Translations under genes and position numbers: made by a program | Shown: positions 39,005 to 50,653 of the stretch, piece after piece | How the letters are laid out: every line of letters starts with the position of its first letter | How positions within the stretch are numbered: the first letter of the stretch is position 1 | Source: Candidatus Poribacteria bacterium | Lineage (GTDB): Bacteria > Poribacteria > WGA-4E > WGA-3G | Length of the DNA stretch: 64,000 nucleotides | Assembly (NCBI GenBank): GCA_965214095.1 | Contig: OZ243938.1 | Coordinates: forward strand, 800,001-864,000 | Direction of reading: 5' to 3' | Notes under the pieces: generated by a model | What the model saw: only the letters and a program-made list of their open reading frames with translations | Database searches by the model: none | What the model was told of the DNA's origin: nothing

Positions 39005-40078
39005 TTATGGAACTAACTGCACCTTTATTGAATCCGTGCCTTTCTGCACCATTTCAAAAGCAGTCTGAAAATCCTCTAACCCAAATTGATGCGTAACAAT
39101 CTGACTCACATCAATTTTCCCACTATAAATATAGTCAATAGCAAGTGGATATGTATATGGACCTAAATGAGACCCATGAATATTCAATTCTTTTGTATCG
39201 CCAATGATAGTCCAATCCACAGTTACCGGTTCACGCATCACACTAAACTCAACGAAAGTACCTGCCTTTCGTATCATGTGCAGACCTTGTTCAACAGCCA
39301 TGGGGTGTCCCGTTGCTTCAATATAGACATCACACCCATAACCTTCAGTCAAGTCTAACACTTCCTGAACAACATCTGTTTCTGTTGGGTTTAAGATTAT
39401 ATCTGCTCCTAATTTCTTGGCGACTTCTAATCGTGTATGAATTAGGTCAACTGCAATCAGTAAGCTTGGATTTTTCAACTTTGCTGCACCTATCATACCT
39501 AAACCGAGTGTGCCTGCTCCAGCAACAACGACAACGTCACCCAATTCTATGTTCCCACGCTGCACTGCGTGTATTGAACATGCAAGGGGTTCTATCATCG
39601 CTGCGTTTGATTTGGGCATATCTGATGGCACTTTGTGAACAAGGGATTGCGCAGGAAACTTCATATATTCAGACATGCCACCGTTGACAACAGGCTGGAA
39701 ACCGTAAATGTTATGAACTTGACATAACCAATACTTCCCAGTTCGGCAATATCGACAATTCCAACACGGTACGATTTGTTCAGCAATTGCAGTATCACCA
39801 AGTTTCAGACCGTGTTTTTCTCCTGCATCTTCACCGAGTTGCACTACTTGACCAATAAACTCATGTCCTGCTATGACAGGAGTTTCAACATAAGGCTTCC
39901 TATGTTCATCACCCCAGAATAGTGGGGCACCCGTGTAACACTTTATATCACTTGCACATACACCGCATGAGTCAACTTTGATAACGACTTCACCAGGACC
40001 AGCGTTAGGTGTTGGCACTTCCTGAAGTCTATAATCAAGAGGCGCATGACAGACAATGGCATGCATTGTATTTGACAT
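39005..40078 (-). CDS. Zn-dependent polyol dehydrogenase (erythritol/L-threitol dehydrogenase-like)
   Basis: CASD, GHE, CxxCxxC..C, GAGTLG, YIEATG, DWTIIGDTKEL. Confidence 0.85.
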   Translation of the reverse strand: MSNTMHAIVCHAPLDYRLQEVPTPNAGPGEVVIKVDSCGVCASDIKCYTGAPLFWGDEHRKPYVETPVIAGHEFIGQVVQLGEDAGEKHGLKLGDTAIAEQIVPCWNCRYCRTGKYWLCQVHNIYGFQPVVNGGMSEYMKFPAQSLVHKVPSDMPKSNAAMIEPLACSIHAVQRGNIELGDVVVVAGAGTLGLGMIGAAKLKNPSLLIAVDLIHTRLEVAKKLGADIILNPTETDVVQEVLDLTEGYGCDVYIEATGHPMAVEQGLHMIRKAGTFVEFSVMREPVTVDWTIIGDTKELNIHGSHLGPYTYPLAIDYIYSGKIDVSQIVTHQFGLEDFQTAFEMVQKGTDSIKVQLVP

Positions 40079-40105
40079 TTGAACAGATCTCTGGGTATAT
40101 GTGTT

Positions 40106-40888
40106 TTATGCAGCTTTGCTTTGAATGAGTCGTTTCCGAGCACTTGCTCGTGCAATACCAACATCAAGATTAATATGTCTTTCTTCGGTCATACCAAGAT
40201 TAATTGCATGTGCTGTATCAAGGTTGAATCCCCACTCAATCCATTCAGGCATGTCTTCTTCTGGAATATCACCTGCCACGACTACCTTCATAATGCTAAT
40301 ACCTTTTCCGAGATTGTATGCACGTTCAATGTATTCCAAATGCTTATCTAACGTGCCACCTTCTAACATTCTACCCTCTTTATTAGCAGTAGTTAGAATG
40401 ACATCAATTTCAGGATGATCTATAACTGCATCCATGACAGGACCTGTGTATACATGTGTTGAACAGCCGATGACACGAACTTTGCCTGCTGCTTTTGCCT
40501 CGCGAAAAGCGTTAAATGCGCCTTCACGTTCACGGTTCAATAAATCATCAGGTGATGAGATTGCATGAAGCAACATCACATCAATATAATCTGTTTGCAA
40601 TTCCTTTAATGCTTTGTCAATACTGGCTGCTGCACTGTCGTGTTCCTTCACAGCCGTTTTCGTCTGAATTACGATTTCGTCTCTGTTAATCTGACGTACT
40701 GCTTCACCGAGGTGAGGTTGTGTGCCATAGCCTTCGGCTGTATCCCAGAAAGTAACACCTTCGTCAAGTGCTTTCAACATCATTTTAGCACCTGCTTCAA
40801 TAGTCTTACAAGTATCCTGTAGACGACCAGCACCGTAACATAGACGTGAGATTTCCAAACCGGTTTTGCCGTAATTTAAGTATTCCAT
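40106..40888 (-). CDS. Aldo/keto reductase
   Basis: GKTGLEIS, DTAEGYG, TK, LQTDYIDVMLLH; start 40888 after GGAGG. Confidence 0.88.
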   Translation of the reverse strand: MEYLNYGKTGLEISRLCYGAGRLQDTCKTIEAGAKMMLKALDEGVTFWDTAEGYGTQPHLGEAVRQINRDEIVIQTKTAVKEHDSAAASIDKALKELQTDYIDVMLLHAISSPDDLLNREREGAFNAFREAKAAGKVRVIGCSTHVYTGPVMDAVIDHPEIDVILTTANKEGRMLEGGTLDKHLEYIERAYNLGKGISIMKVVVAGDIPEEDMPEWIEWGFNLDTAHAINLGMTEERHINLDVGIARASARKRLIQSKAA

Positions 40889-41078
40889 TGATGCCTCCAC
40901 TTTTAGAAATGTTGTAGAGTGTCTTACAAAAATGTAGAAAGAGAACCATTCTAATATTCTATACATTACCCGATTTCTATGAAAAAAGCAATACATTTTT
41001 GTTGCAACCAATCAGTTTTATATGTATCATTTTACTGATGTCTAATCAGCATAATACAAGAGAGAAAACAGTTACAAA

Positions 41079-42218
41079 ATGAAGATTAATGCATACAAAA
41101 TCTTTGATCATAAACCAATTGAAATAACATTTGAAGACAACCGCATTCATTCAATTAAAAAAATAGAGTCAACTGATAGTGAGATGTGGATTGCGCCTGC
41201 GCTTGTGGACATACAGGTCAACGGTTTTGCTGGATATGACCTGAACGTCTCAACTGTAACTGCATCTGATGTGATTGAGATGGTTCATTCACTATGGCGT
41301 GTAGGCACTGGTTTTTTATGTCCCACAATTGTAACAGCATCGTTTGCGGACATAAGCAATTCTATCACGGCAATTGTGGAAGCATGTCAATCGGATTCAG
41401 CAGTTGCAAATGCAATCATTGGTATCCATCTTGAAGGTCCTTATATCTCTGCAGCGGATGGACCGAGAGGTGCACATCCGCTACAACATGTAAGAAAACC
41501 GAATTGGGATGAATTTTGTAGATTTCAAGAGATAGCAGAAGGAACAATACGTATTGTAACACTTGCACCAGAAATAACAGGTGCATTACCATTTATTGAA
41601 AAACTGGTTGCAGAAAACATTGTTGTTTCAATAGGACACACTGATGCTTCGCCGGAGCATATCAGAGAGGCAATCAGTGCAGGTGCGAAACTCTCCACAC
41701 ATCTTGGTAACGGGGCACACTCACGGATACAACGTCATCCGAACTATATTTGGGAGCAACTCGGGGCAGATGAACTATGGGCAAGTCTTATCGTTGATGG
41801 ATACCACCTTCCACCATCTGTCGTCAAGTCAATGATCCGTGCGAAAACACTGGAGCGATGCATTCTGATAAGTGATGCTACAGCTTTAGCAAGGATGCCA
41901 TCTGGAGAGTATGAGTTTGCTGGTCAAGCCGTCAAATTAACTGCTGATCGGAAAATTCATTTATTGGGAACTGAATACCTCGCGGGTTCTGCTATTGAGT
42001 TAGCAATTGGCATAGAAAACGCTGTAAGAATAGCAGGAATATCATTGTCAGAAGCGATTTCTTTAGCAACTTTACAACCACTAAAATTATTGAGGGTAGA
42101 GAAAGATGATTGTAAAATAGGTGATGATTTTATTCTGTTTGATTGGAATTCAGATAGATGTAAAATGAACTTGAAAATGACAGTAATGAATGGACAGGTG
42201 GTATTCAATGATATATAA
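41079..42218 (+). CDS. nagA: N-acetylglucosamine-6-phosphate deacetylase
   Basis: DIQVNG, HLEGPY, TLAPE, GH, THLGNG, DGYH, SDA, LAGS. Confidence 0.85.
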   Translation: MKINAYKIFDHKPIEITFEDNRIHSIKKIESTDSEMWIAPALVDIQVNGFAGYDLNVSTVTASDVIEMVHSLWRVGTGFLCPTIVTASFADISNSITAIVEACQSDSAVANAIIGIHLEGPYISAADGPRGAHPLQHVRKPNWDEFCRFQEIAEGTIRIVTLAPEITGALPFIEKLVAENIVVSIGHTDASPEHIREAISAGAKLSTHLGNGAHSRIQRHPNYIWEQLGADELWASLIVDGYHLPPSVVKSMIRAKTLERCILISDATALARMPSGEYEFAGQAVKLTADRKIHLLGTEYLAGSAIELAIGIENAVRIAGISLSEAISLATLQPLKLLRVEKDDCKIGDDFILFDWNSDRCKMNLKMTVMNGQVVFNDI

Positions 42219-42237
42219 AACGTTGAAGTTAAATATG

Positions 42238-44583
42238 TCATTTTGGTTCATCTGATTGCATTGCTTTTAGTTCACCTTTGTCATCAAAATCAAATTCAGC
42301 AGCACCCAAGTCTTTTACGGTAATTCGTAAGATGCCATCACGGGAAAACTCGAATTTTAGATTCGGTTTTATCACTGTTCCTCCTCTTGTAGAGATCATC
42401 GTTACTCTTGATTTTCCCTGTGCAATTTTACATCTGTCACCGATTTTCTGCAGTCTATATTCTTCATCTTCCAACCATTTCATAATTGCTTGAACTTCTT
42501 CCACTTTGCTTTTATATGTTGGTTTAGTTTTATCAGTTTTTGATACTTGATTTGCAATTATTCCAATGTTCTCTCTACCAATTTTGTCAAGTATCTGTTC
42601 CCAATCCCATAAGAGGATTGAACCATCCTTACCACCCGTAGCAAGCACTTTGCCATCATGTGAAAACACCATATATTCAATGCTTTCCGAATGTCCTTCA
42701 AGATTAATCAGTTTACTTTCAGCTTTTACATCCCACAGTTGTATCTGACTACCAAATTCATGATGCCATTTTGCCGTAAGTAATATCTGTCCATCAGGAG
42801 ATAAAGTTAATATGTCAACTGCCATAACTTTTTCTACAAGAGTTGAATACAGTTGTTTTCTTGTATGCATATCCCAAATACGGATGCGACCAGAATATCT
42901 GGCTACAAGGATTGATCCATCACGTGAAAACACAAAAGATGATGCCTCTCCAACGAATGGATAATCAAGCGTGTCAAGTTTTTCACCCGTTTTTACATCC
43001 CATAGAATGACTTCTCCTGGACCTCCACCAATTGCGATGGTAGTGTTGTCTGGAGAAAAGCCAACTGCGTTCCTGTCGAAAGAATGCGACCCATCAAACC
43101 GATGAAGTTCTTCCTTAGAGTCAATGTCATACAATACCGTTTCATTCTTATTACCAATTGCAATCAATTTATTGTCGTGAGATATACAGAGCGCACTTGT
43201 TCTGTGTGGTATTGAGAAGAGTTCTGTCTCAATTGGTAATTTCCATAAACGAGTTTCCTTTTGTGGTATTATAGACCTTGAGAATCCAGAACCATCAGAT
43301 TCAACGAAAGTATCTGCACCACGACCAGCGAACAGAGTTGCATCCTGTGAAAATACTGCGACATCAGTTCTATCATAATGTCTATTTAGATGAAAAGGTA
43401 GTTCTTTACCATTATTCACATCCCACATCTGAATTGTACCGTTCTCTGCTGCACTTACCAACATGTTGTTATCTTTCGTGAATGCTAATGCTTCAATAGT
43501 TTCAGTAAAACCTGATGCAAAAATTGACTGTTGTTTGCCGGTATTCACATCCCATAATCGCACTGTTCTATCTTTACTACCGCTGGCAAGTAGTCCATTT
43601 TCAGTAGGTGAAAATGCTAATGCTGTGATAGCATTCTTATGTTCAATGAGAACATTTTTCAATTTTCCTTTTTCTACATCCCATATATGAATTGTGTTGT
43701 CATAGCTGCCACTTGCTACTATTTTACTATCAGATGAGTAAGCAACCGTGTTTACTTTTTCAGTATGTCCTTGAAGTGTATAACGTTCTAGTTTAGTTGT
43801 TATATCCCATATACGGATACAGTTGTTGTTATGTGCACTGGCAATAGTATTTTTGTCAGGTGAATATGCAATTGCTTGAAAACCACCGATAACATTTTTC
43901 TTATCAGGATTTTCCACTGCGTAAGATGGAAGTGGAGCCACTGTTGCTAAATCGGTTTTCTCTTGAAAGAAATTGCCATATAAACCAGATTCAGTAATCC
44001 ACAATCGAATCTCACATTTCTCCTTGTGACCACTAACGAAGGAAGTACCATCTGGAGAAAATGCATGTACAGGTCTGTCAAAATATACTTCCTTCTGTGA
44101 GATTTCTTTACCAGTATTTACATCCCATTTGGTAATATAACGATTAGCACCAAGACCTACAATTGTCTTATCCTCTTCGGCAAAAGTTAGTTCTGCTATT
44201 CTATGAAATCTGTCTGGTAACTTGATGGTTGAGATTTTATTACCGGTTTCTGTATCCCATATCTGTATACCAGGATTGATGATGCCACCCGCAGCAAGAA
44301 TCCTACCATCGGCTGAAAATGCAAATGTATTGAAATATCTGATATTTCCAACCGGTAAAGCACTACCACTTTCGGTTTCCACATTGTAAATCCACACACC
44401 AATAGATGTTCCAATTGCGAGTCGTGTTCCATCTGGAGAAAACTTTATTATATTAACCCCGCCTTTACCGAGGTGTGCAATAGTATATTCAGGTAATTCA
44501 ACTTGCGCGTTTTCTTGCGCGAAGCTGGAAGCGATAAGTGCTATAAATATGAGATAGATCATGATGATGTGTGTTTTTTTCAT
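42238..44583 (-). CDS. Secreted WD40-repeat protein with C-terminal extra domain
   Basis: Signal peptide, many GH..FSPD..ASG.D..WD repeats, ~120-aa tail after WDW. Confidence 0.9.
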   Translation of the reverse strand: MKKTHIIMIYLIFIALIASSFAQENAQVELPEYTIAHLGKGGVNIIKFSPDGTRLAIGTSIGVWIYNVETESGSALPVGNIRYFNTFAFSADGRILAAGGIINPGIQIWDTETGNKISTIKLPDRFHRIAELTFAEEDKTIVGLGANRYITKWDVNTGKEISQKEVYFDRPVHAFSPDGTSFVSGHKEKCEIRLWITESGLYGNFFQEKTDLATVAPLPSYAVENPDKKNVIGGFQAIAYSPDKNTIASAHNNNCIRIWDITTKLERYTLQGHTEKVNTVAYSSDSKIVASGSYDNTIHIWDVEKGKLKNVLIEHKNAITALAFSPTENGLLASGSKDRTVRLWDVNTGKQQSIFASGFTETIEALAFTKDNNMLVSAAENGTIQMWDVNNGKELPFHLNRHYDRTDVAVFSQDATLFAGRGADTFVESDGSGFSRSIIPQKETRLWKLPIETELFSIPHRTSALCISHDNKLIAIGNKNETVLYDIDSKEELHRFDGSHSFDRNAVGFSPDNTTIAIGGGPGEVILWDVKTGEKLDTLDYPFVGEASSFVFSRDGSILVARYSGRIRIWDMHTRKQLYSTLVEKVMAVDILTLSPDGQILLTAKWHHEFGSQIQLWDVKAESKLINLEGHSESIEYMVFSHDGKVLATGGKDGSILLWDWEQILDKIGRENIGIIANQVSKTDKTKPTYKSKVEEVQAIMKWLEDEEYRLQKIGDRCKIAQGKSRVTMISTRGGTVIKPNLKFEFSRDGILRITVKDLGAAEFDFDDKGELKAMQSDEPK

Positions 44584-46592
44584 CTATTATTCTCCTGAGT
44601 TTTCTTTATATTTTGTAAGATCCTCTCCCAATCCCATAAGAGAACGGTTCCATCTATACTCCCACTTGCGAGCATTTTGCCGTCATGTGAGAAAAGAAGT
44701 TTTGAGATTGCTTCCAAATGTCCAATCAATGTACCTGACAAATTACCTGATTCCAAATCCCATATTTGTATGTTAACACCTTTACCCGTCCCAATAACGT
44801 CAAGCAACATCTTTCCATCGGGAGAAAAAACCAAAATATGATAAAGACCCAGACTACCATTTGGTGTAAATCTCTTATGAAATTCCAAATCTGTAGATTT
44901 TATTTGAAATATGTCAATATGATCAGAATGTTTGAGTGCAAGCATACTACTATCTGGAGAAAACGATACAACGTTGAATTCCTGTATATTTGGAGGCGAG
45001 ATGTTTCGTTGTGTAACTACATCCCACACTTCAGTATCTGAAAATGCATCGTCAATAACAAGTAGTTTTCCATTAGGGGAAAACTTCACGCCTGTCGGAT
45101 GAGAAAATCCTTTATTATTACTAAATATTTCTGTTAGTGTCACAATATCCAATATTTTAACGCCAGAAAAGGGATCATAAACTGCAATCATACTGTTGTC
45201 AGGTGAAAATGCAAATATTAATGTCATTTGTGGATAGACGCTTAATCGTTCACCTAAGGGAAGTATCAACAAATTTATTCCTTTACCTTGATTATAACTT
45301 ATGTCATTTCTCTGTCCACTCACACTGTTATTTGTTACTGCACCTTTGTATGCAAGGATGGTAGCGTCATGTGATAAAGATAATACAGATCTTATATCTA
45401 AACTTTCCAATTGAGGTATTGGTATTGATTTTCCAGTTTTTATATCCCATACCTGGACTGCACCGTGTCTTGTTACACAGCTAAGTCTTTTATTGTTTTT
45501 GCTGAATGCTAAATCATGGATAGAATCTATATGACCTTGCGCAAAGATTTGCAGTTCTTCACCAGTTTGTGTATCCCAAAAACGTATAGTGCCATCTGAG
45601 CTTCCGCTTGCAAGTACACTTAAGTTAATAGGTGAGAAATCAATTGTTTTTATATCACTTGTGTGTCCTGTAAGTGTTTTGGACAGAGTTCCATTCTCAA
45701 TATCCCAAAGCCTTATTGTTTTGTCATCACTTCCAGTTGCAAGTATCTTATTGTCAGGTGAAAATGCCACGGTATTAATTGACGCTGTATGTCCTATCAG
45801 ACTGTATCGTAGTGTTTTGGTGTCAGTATCCCAAACTCGAATGATATTGTCCACATGTGCACTTACGATATAGTTGTTATCTGGAGAAATACTTAATTCT
45901 ATAATACCGTTTTGGGCATCCGTGTCCTTTTGTAATCCATTTATTGTCTCGGGAACAGTATCATCCTCTAATCCTCCACTAAATATTTCGAGTTCAACAT
46001 CCCATATCCTGAAATTTGAATCATCATTTGAATCTCTATGTACAAATATCTTTCCATCATTTCCTAATGCTGCAATTGACTGATTTTCACTGAATTGAAT
46101 TGCTGAGATTTCTTTATTTGTTTCAAGGTCCCATTTTGTAAGATAACCGTGCGGACTAAGACTAAAAAGGTTCTTTTCGTCCTTTGAGAAAACTAAATCA
46201 ACTACCTGAACAAATCTGTCGTATAATGTGAGATATGGTCTATTATTTTCAGCTGTTAAATCCCAAAATTGAATGGCTTGATTTATTCGATCTCCACATA
46301 CAAGTTTTTTCCCATCAGAAGAAAAAGCAATTGCTGTAATATCATCAGTTTCGTTTGTATGTAATAACTCACCTTTTCCATTTGAAACGTCATACATCCA
46401 CACACCGATATCTGTTGCTACGGCAAGATGTTTACCATCTGGTGAAAAGAGGATGATATTTATACTACTGCCCTTTCCAAACCTTGCGACTGTATATTCA
46501 GATATTTCAAAAGGTGTGTCTGCTTGCGCGAAACCTATAAGAATTATTGAAGTAAGAATTAGTGTTATGGATAAAATGTATTTCATTTTCAT
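44580..46592 (-). CDS. Secreted WD40-repeat protein
   Basis: Signal peptide, ARFGKG start motif, WD40 repeats, ends DGTVLLWDW. Confidence 0.9.
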   Translation of the reverse strand: MKMKYILSITLILTSIILIGFAQADTPFEISEYTVARFGKGSSINIILFSPDGKHLAVATDIGVWMYDVSNGKGELLHTNETDDITAIAFSSDGKKLVCGDRINQAIQFWDLTAENNRPYLTLYDRFVQVVDLVFSKDEKNLFSLSPHGYLTKWDLETNKEISAIQFSENQSIAALGNDGKIFVHRDSNDDSNFRIWDVELEIFSGGLEDDTVPETINGLQKDTDAQNGIIELSISPDNNYIVSAHVDNIIRVWDTDTKTLRYSLIGHTASINTVAFSPDNKILATGSDDKTIRLWDIENGTLSKTLTGHTSDIKTIDFSPINLSVLASGSSDGTIRFWDTQTGEELQIFAQGHIDSIHDLAFSKNNKRLSCVTRHGAVQVWDIKTGKSIPIPQLESLDIRSVLSLSHDATILAYKGAVTNNSVSGQRNDISYNQGKGINLLILPLGERLSVYPQMTLIFAFSPDNSMIAVYDPFSGVKILDIVTLTEIFSNNKGFSHPTGVKFSPNGKLLVIDDAFSDTEVWDVVTQRNISPPNIQEFNVVSFSPDSSMLALKHSDHIDIFQIKSTDLEFHKRFTPNGSLGLYHILVFSPDGKMLLDVIGTGKGVNIQIWDLESGNLSGTLIGHLEAISKLLFSHDGKMLASGSIDGTVLLWDWERILQNIKKTQENNR

Positions 46593-48613
46593 TTCTTTAT
46601 TGCCTTAGAAGGAATTATATTTGAAATAAGCAGCTCCCAATCCCATAGGAGGATTGTCCCATCTAAACTTCCACTTGCCAAAATCTTGCCGTCATGTGAA
46701 AATGTAAGTGTTTCAATAACACCTGTATGTCCAGAAAGGAATGTTCCAAGTTCTCTCTTATTGTGTATCTCCCACACTCTTATACCAGATTGGGGACCAA
46801 TTCTTGTTCGTCCAAGAAGATATTTTCCATCTATACAGAAGATAATTAATCTATCATTTATTGGGTAATCTTTTTTAGATATTGTTTCAAATTTCTGCAA
46901 TTTCTTAGTGGTTATCATCCACATGTCAATACCATCAGAATGTTTCAGAGCAATCTTGGAGTTATCAGGTGAAAATGCTATGACACTTGCTTCTTTGATC
47001 TCAGAAGGCGTGATTTCGCGTTTCGTTTTTACATTCCACACTTGTGTAGGGATTCCATAACCATAGGCGGCAAGTAGTTTTGAATCGTTTGAGAAAATTA
47101 ACTTTCTCGAAACCGAATCTGCTACGATCCAACCGAACATCTTTTTTCTCGTTTTTATATTCCATAATTCTACACCGTTTAACCTTGTATCTGCTGCGAG
47201 AATAGTATTATCAGGTGATACTGTTACTGCCAACGCATATTGTGGAAATGTCGCAAGTACATCACCGGTAGGAAGACTAAGTAACTTAGTTTTCTTATCA
47301 TTATCCCATTCTATCACTGAGTAATACCCATCCCAATAAACAGTACTATCCGCCCCGTGACTGATAAAAAGTGATGCATCTTTTGAAAAGTCAAATTCAT
47401 AGAACATATTTTCTTGAACCACTATAGGTGAATATTTCTCTTCACCTGTCTGGACATTCCAACCATGAATTGTACCATTTGATATTGCGCTATAAATCGT
47501 GGTGTTATCAGAATTAAATGCGATTGCTTCAACAGACTCCGGATGACCAGTTGTAATAATAGTCTGTTCTTTCCGATTTTTAATGTTCCATAATCGCACA
47601 GTTCCGTCAGCACCTCCACTTGCCAGTATATTATCATCAGTAGGTGAGAAGGCAAGCGTTTTGATATTCCCTTGATGTCCAGTTAATGTTCCGCGCTTAC
47701 GACCTTTACGGACATCCCACAACATTATTTTGCTATCCTCTCCTCCACTTGCAAGCATAGTGTTGTCTTTGGAAAACGTAATTACATTAATCATCTGAGT
47801 ATGTCCCTTAAGATCGATACGTTGAACGCCAGTAGTAGTATTCCATAATCTGATTTTGTTATCACCGTGTGCACTTGCGACTGTTTTACCATCAGATGAT
47901 AATGCAATTACATTTAAATGCATACCCTTATTATCATCTTGTCTACGCCCAAACAGTTCTGATAGAAACCTTTCAAAACCTGATTGTTGTTTTTTCGAAT
48001 AAACTAATCCTAAACTCTCTGTATCCGGATTCCATTGACGAATTTTCCCATTTCTCATATCACCGATGACAAAAGTACTTCCATACTTTTCTAAAGCGAA
48101 TACAGACAAAGTCGGATCCTCTATATTCCTAATGCTACTAATACCAGTTTCAATGTTCCATTCAATCATTCCATTCATATTCAAACCGATGAGTTTTTTA
48201 TTATCTTCGGAGAAAACAATTTCCTCAGGACTATAATTCTTAGGTATTTTTAGAACTGACAGTTTGGTGAGAGTTTCTAAATTCCATAATAGGACGAATT
48301 TGTCTAATGCAACATGGACAGCAAGAATTTTTCCATTGGAAGAATATACAAGTGCATCAATATATCTTACTGAATCTGATTGAAGTACTTTACCATTACC
48401 ATCTTCAACATCATATAACCACACACCGATTGATGTTCCGATAACAAGTTGCGTCCCATCAGGTGAAAACTGCATTGCGTTTATACCACCTTTACCAAAC
48501 CTTGCAATTGCACCTTCAGGTAATTCAATAGATGTGTTGACTTGTGCATTTATGTTTGTGGTAAACGCAATTACGAGAAATGCCAATAAAAGATAAAAGT
48601 ACTTTCTTTTCAT
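46589..48613 (-). CDS. Secreted WD40-repeat protein
   Basis: LPEGAIARFGKG, WD40 repeats. Confidence 0.9.
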   Translation of the reverse strand: MKRKYFYLLLAFLVIAFTTNINAQVNTSIELPEGAIARFGKGGINAMQFSPDGTQLVIGTSIGVWLYDVEDGNGKVLQSDSVRYIDALVYSSNGKILAVHVALDKFVLLWNLETLTKLSVLKIPKNYSPEEIVFSEDNKKLIGLNMNGMIEWNIETGISSIRNIEDPTLSVFALEKYGSTFVIGDMRNGKIRQWNPDTESLGLVYSKKQQSGFERFLSELFGRRQDDNKGMHLNVIALSSDGKTVASAHGDNKIRLWNTTTGVQRIDLKGHTQMINVITFSKDNTMLASGGEDSKIMLWDVRKGRKRGTLTGHQGNIKTLAFSPTDDNILASGGADGTVRLWNIKNRKEQTIITTGHPESVEAIAFNSDNTTIYSAISNGTIHGWNVQTGEEKYSPIVVQENMFYEFDFSKDASLFISHGADSTVYWDGYYSVIEWDNDKKTKLLSLPTGDVLATFPQYALAVTVSPDNTILAADTRLNGVELWNIKTRKKMFGWIVADSVSRKLIFSNDSKLLAAYGYGIPTQVWNVKTKREITPSEIKEASVIAFSPDNSKIALKHSDGIDMWMITTKKLQKFETISKKDYPINDRLIIFCIDGKYLLGRTRIGPQSGIRVWEIHNKRELGTFLSGHTGVIETLTFSHDGKILASGSLDGTILLWDWELLISNIIPSKAIKK

Positions 48614-48627
48614 TTATTAATCTCCAT

Positions 48628-50628
48628 TTACTTTCGTGCTTTTGATAGTACTTTTTCCCAGTCCCACAGAAGTACTGTGCCATCACTAGCACCACTTGCA
48701 AGTGTCTTTCCATCATGTGAAAAAACAAGAGAATAGATTTTCCATGCGTGTCCGGGTAATGAACCTAAGTCATTGCCAGTCTCCACTTCCCAAAGTTGTA
48801 TGATATCTTTCTCTTTTGATGTCGCATGTAGCAGTATTTTACTATCTGGAGAAAACAGAAGAACTTCACCTAACCCCCAGTGTGCATCAATGTGAGTTTT
48901 ATGTCTGTGAATTCCCTCAGGTGATATATCCCATAATACAATGCCTTCATTGTTGCTACTTGCCATCAATTTGTTATCTGGAGAGAATGCTAAAGCGTTT
49001 CCATCTTTAATACCATCAGGTGTAATCTCCTGTTCAGTGGACATATCCCAGATTCGTTTTTTTCTGAACGTTCCATACGTGGCAAACATCTCCCCATTTG
49101 AAGAAAACATTAGTTTCTCATCAAACGTATTTCTAATTTGTAAATTCCACTTTGCTTCCCAAGTCTCTGTATTTATAAATCTTAGTTCCTTCCTCGTCCA
49201 TGATGCAAGAATACTATTATCTGGTGAGAATGCGAGTGATCCCGCTTCCTGCTGGAGTGTGACCAGTTTGTCACCTGTGGATAATACCCAAACATTAGTA
49301 TCGCTATATGATCTCCAAGATGTACTAACACCACCTTCATTAGAACGAACAGTAGACTCTGATCCTCGACTTGCATACATCGTTGCATCATGTGATAAAG
49401 CCAATGCGATCGTTTTGTCATAAGACTGAACTGATGGAGATGGATGCAGTTTTTTTGTTTCTAAATCCCATATTTGTACAGAACCGTTATCTGTCGCAGC
49501 CGCAATCTTTGTGTTATCCTCAGTGAACGCTACTGACTTGATTCCAACTGTATGTCCTGTTGCAAAGATTGCCTTTTCCTGTCTTGTATTGACATCCCAA
49601 AACCGAATAGAACCATCTGAACACCCACTTGCAAGTATATGACCATCTGGTGAAAATGTTAAAGCATTGACACCATCAAAACGTCCTGAAAGAGTATCCA
49701 ATAAACTTTTCTTAGATAAATCCCAGAATTTAATGGTTTCATCCTCACTACCACTTACAAGTAGTTTTCCATCAGGTGAATAAGCAATTGTGTTTATTCT
49801 TTCTGTATGACCTATAAATGTAGCAGATTCGGAACTTTCTGATATATCCCATAATCGGATATTACTGTCATCATGTGCGCTTGCAACCGTTTTCAAATCT
49901 GGTGAATAGGCAAGTCTATATACGCCGCTCTTTGGTTCAGCTTCAAAATCCGTAAGTAACCGTCCATCCGTTGCATTCCATAATCGTATCTCACCATCCT
50001 TCGGATCACCGCTTACATAGGTTTTCCCGTCCTGTGTTATTTCAACCTTTTCGTAAGGATGATCATTGTAGGTTTTCAAGAATTTGATTATCTTTCCTGT
50101 TGCAACATCCCAATGGATTATTTCTCCAAAATAGTGTGGTGTAATGAGTGTTTTATTGTCCTCTGAAAATGCTATTGCATAAGCTTTATCCTGCTTATAA
50201 GTTGCAGGGAGCATTGATAATTCTTTTCCAGAGTCAACATCCCACAGTTGAGTAACGAAGTTAGCTGCTTCAGAAACCGCCAGAATCTTGCTGTCATGTG
50301 AAAATGCAAGGCATCTGATGTAAGAGATGGAATCAACAGTCCATTCTTTTGCTAACGGTTTGTTGTAAACCTTTAGGTCTACTGTTCTCGCTTCAGATCT
50401 GAACAATGCTTTGGCACTACCAGTGCTGATATCATATAGCCAGACACCGACTGAAGTTCCTACAGCGAGATGTTTCCCATTTGGAGAAAAACGCATCACT
50501 GAAATACGTCCTTTGCCAAGCCGCGCGGTTGCTCCTTCAGGTAATCCTACTTGGGTGTTGTCTTGCGCAAAACAAGCTGAAATTATTACCGTGATTAATA
50601 GAATTGTGCTGAATAAATTGATTTTCAT
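48628..50628 (-). CDS. Secreted WD40-repeat protein
   Basis: LPEGATARLGKG, WD40 repeats. Confidence 0.9.
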   Translation of the reverse strand: MKINLFSTILLITVIISACFAQDNTQVGLPEGATARLGKGRISVMRFSPNGKHLAVGTSVGVWLYDISTGSAKALFRSEARTVDLKVYNKPLAKEWTVDSISYIRCLAFSHDSKILAVSEAANFVTQLWDVDSGKELSMLPATYKQDKAYAIAFSEDNKTLITPHYFGEIIHWDVATGKIIKFLKTYNDHPYEKVEITQDGKTYVSGDPKDGEIRLWNATDGRLLTDFEAEPKSGVYRLAYSPDLKTVASAHDDSNIRLWDISESSESATFIGHTERINTIAYSPDGKLLVSGSEDETIKFWDLSKKSLLDTLSGRFDGVNALTFSPDGHILASGCSDGSIRFWDVNTRQEKAIFATGHTVGIKSVAFTEDNTKIAAATDNGSVQIWDLETKKLHPSPSVQSYDKTIALALSHDATMYASRGSESTVRSNEGGVSTSWRSYSDTNVWVLSTGDKLVTLQQEAGSLAFSPDNSILASWTRKELRFINTETWEAKWNLQIRNTFDEKLMFSSNGEMFATYGTFRKKRIWDMSTEQEITPDGIKDGNALAFSPDNKLMASSNNEGIVLWDISPEGIHRHKTHIDAHWGLGEVLLFSPDSKILLHATSKEKDIIQLWEVETGNDLGSLPGHAWKIYSLVFSHDGKTLASGASDGTVLLWDWEKVLSKARK

Positions 50629-50653
50629 TTGATTAAATCCTTCATTTTATATT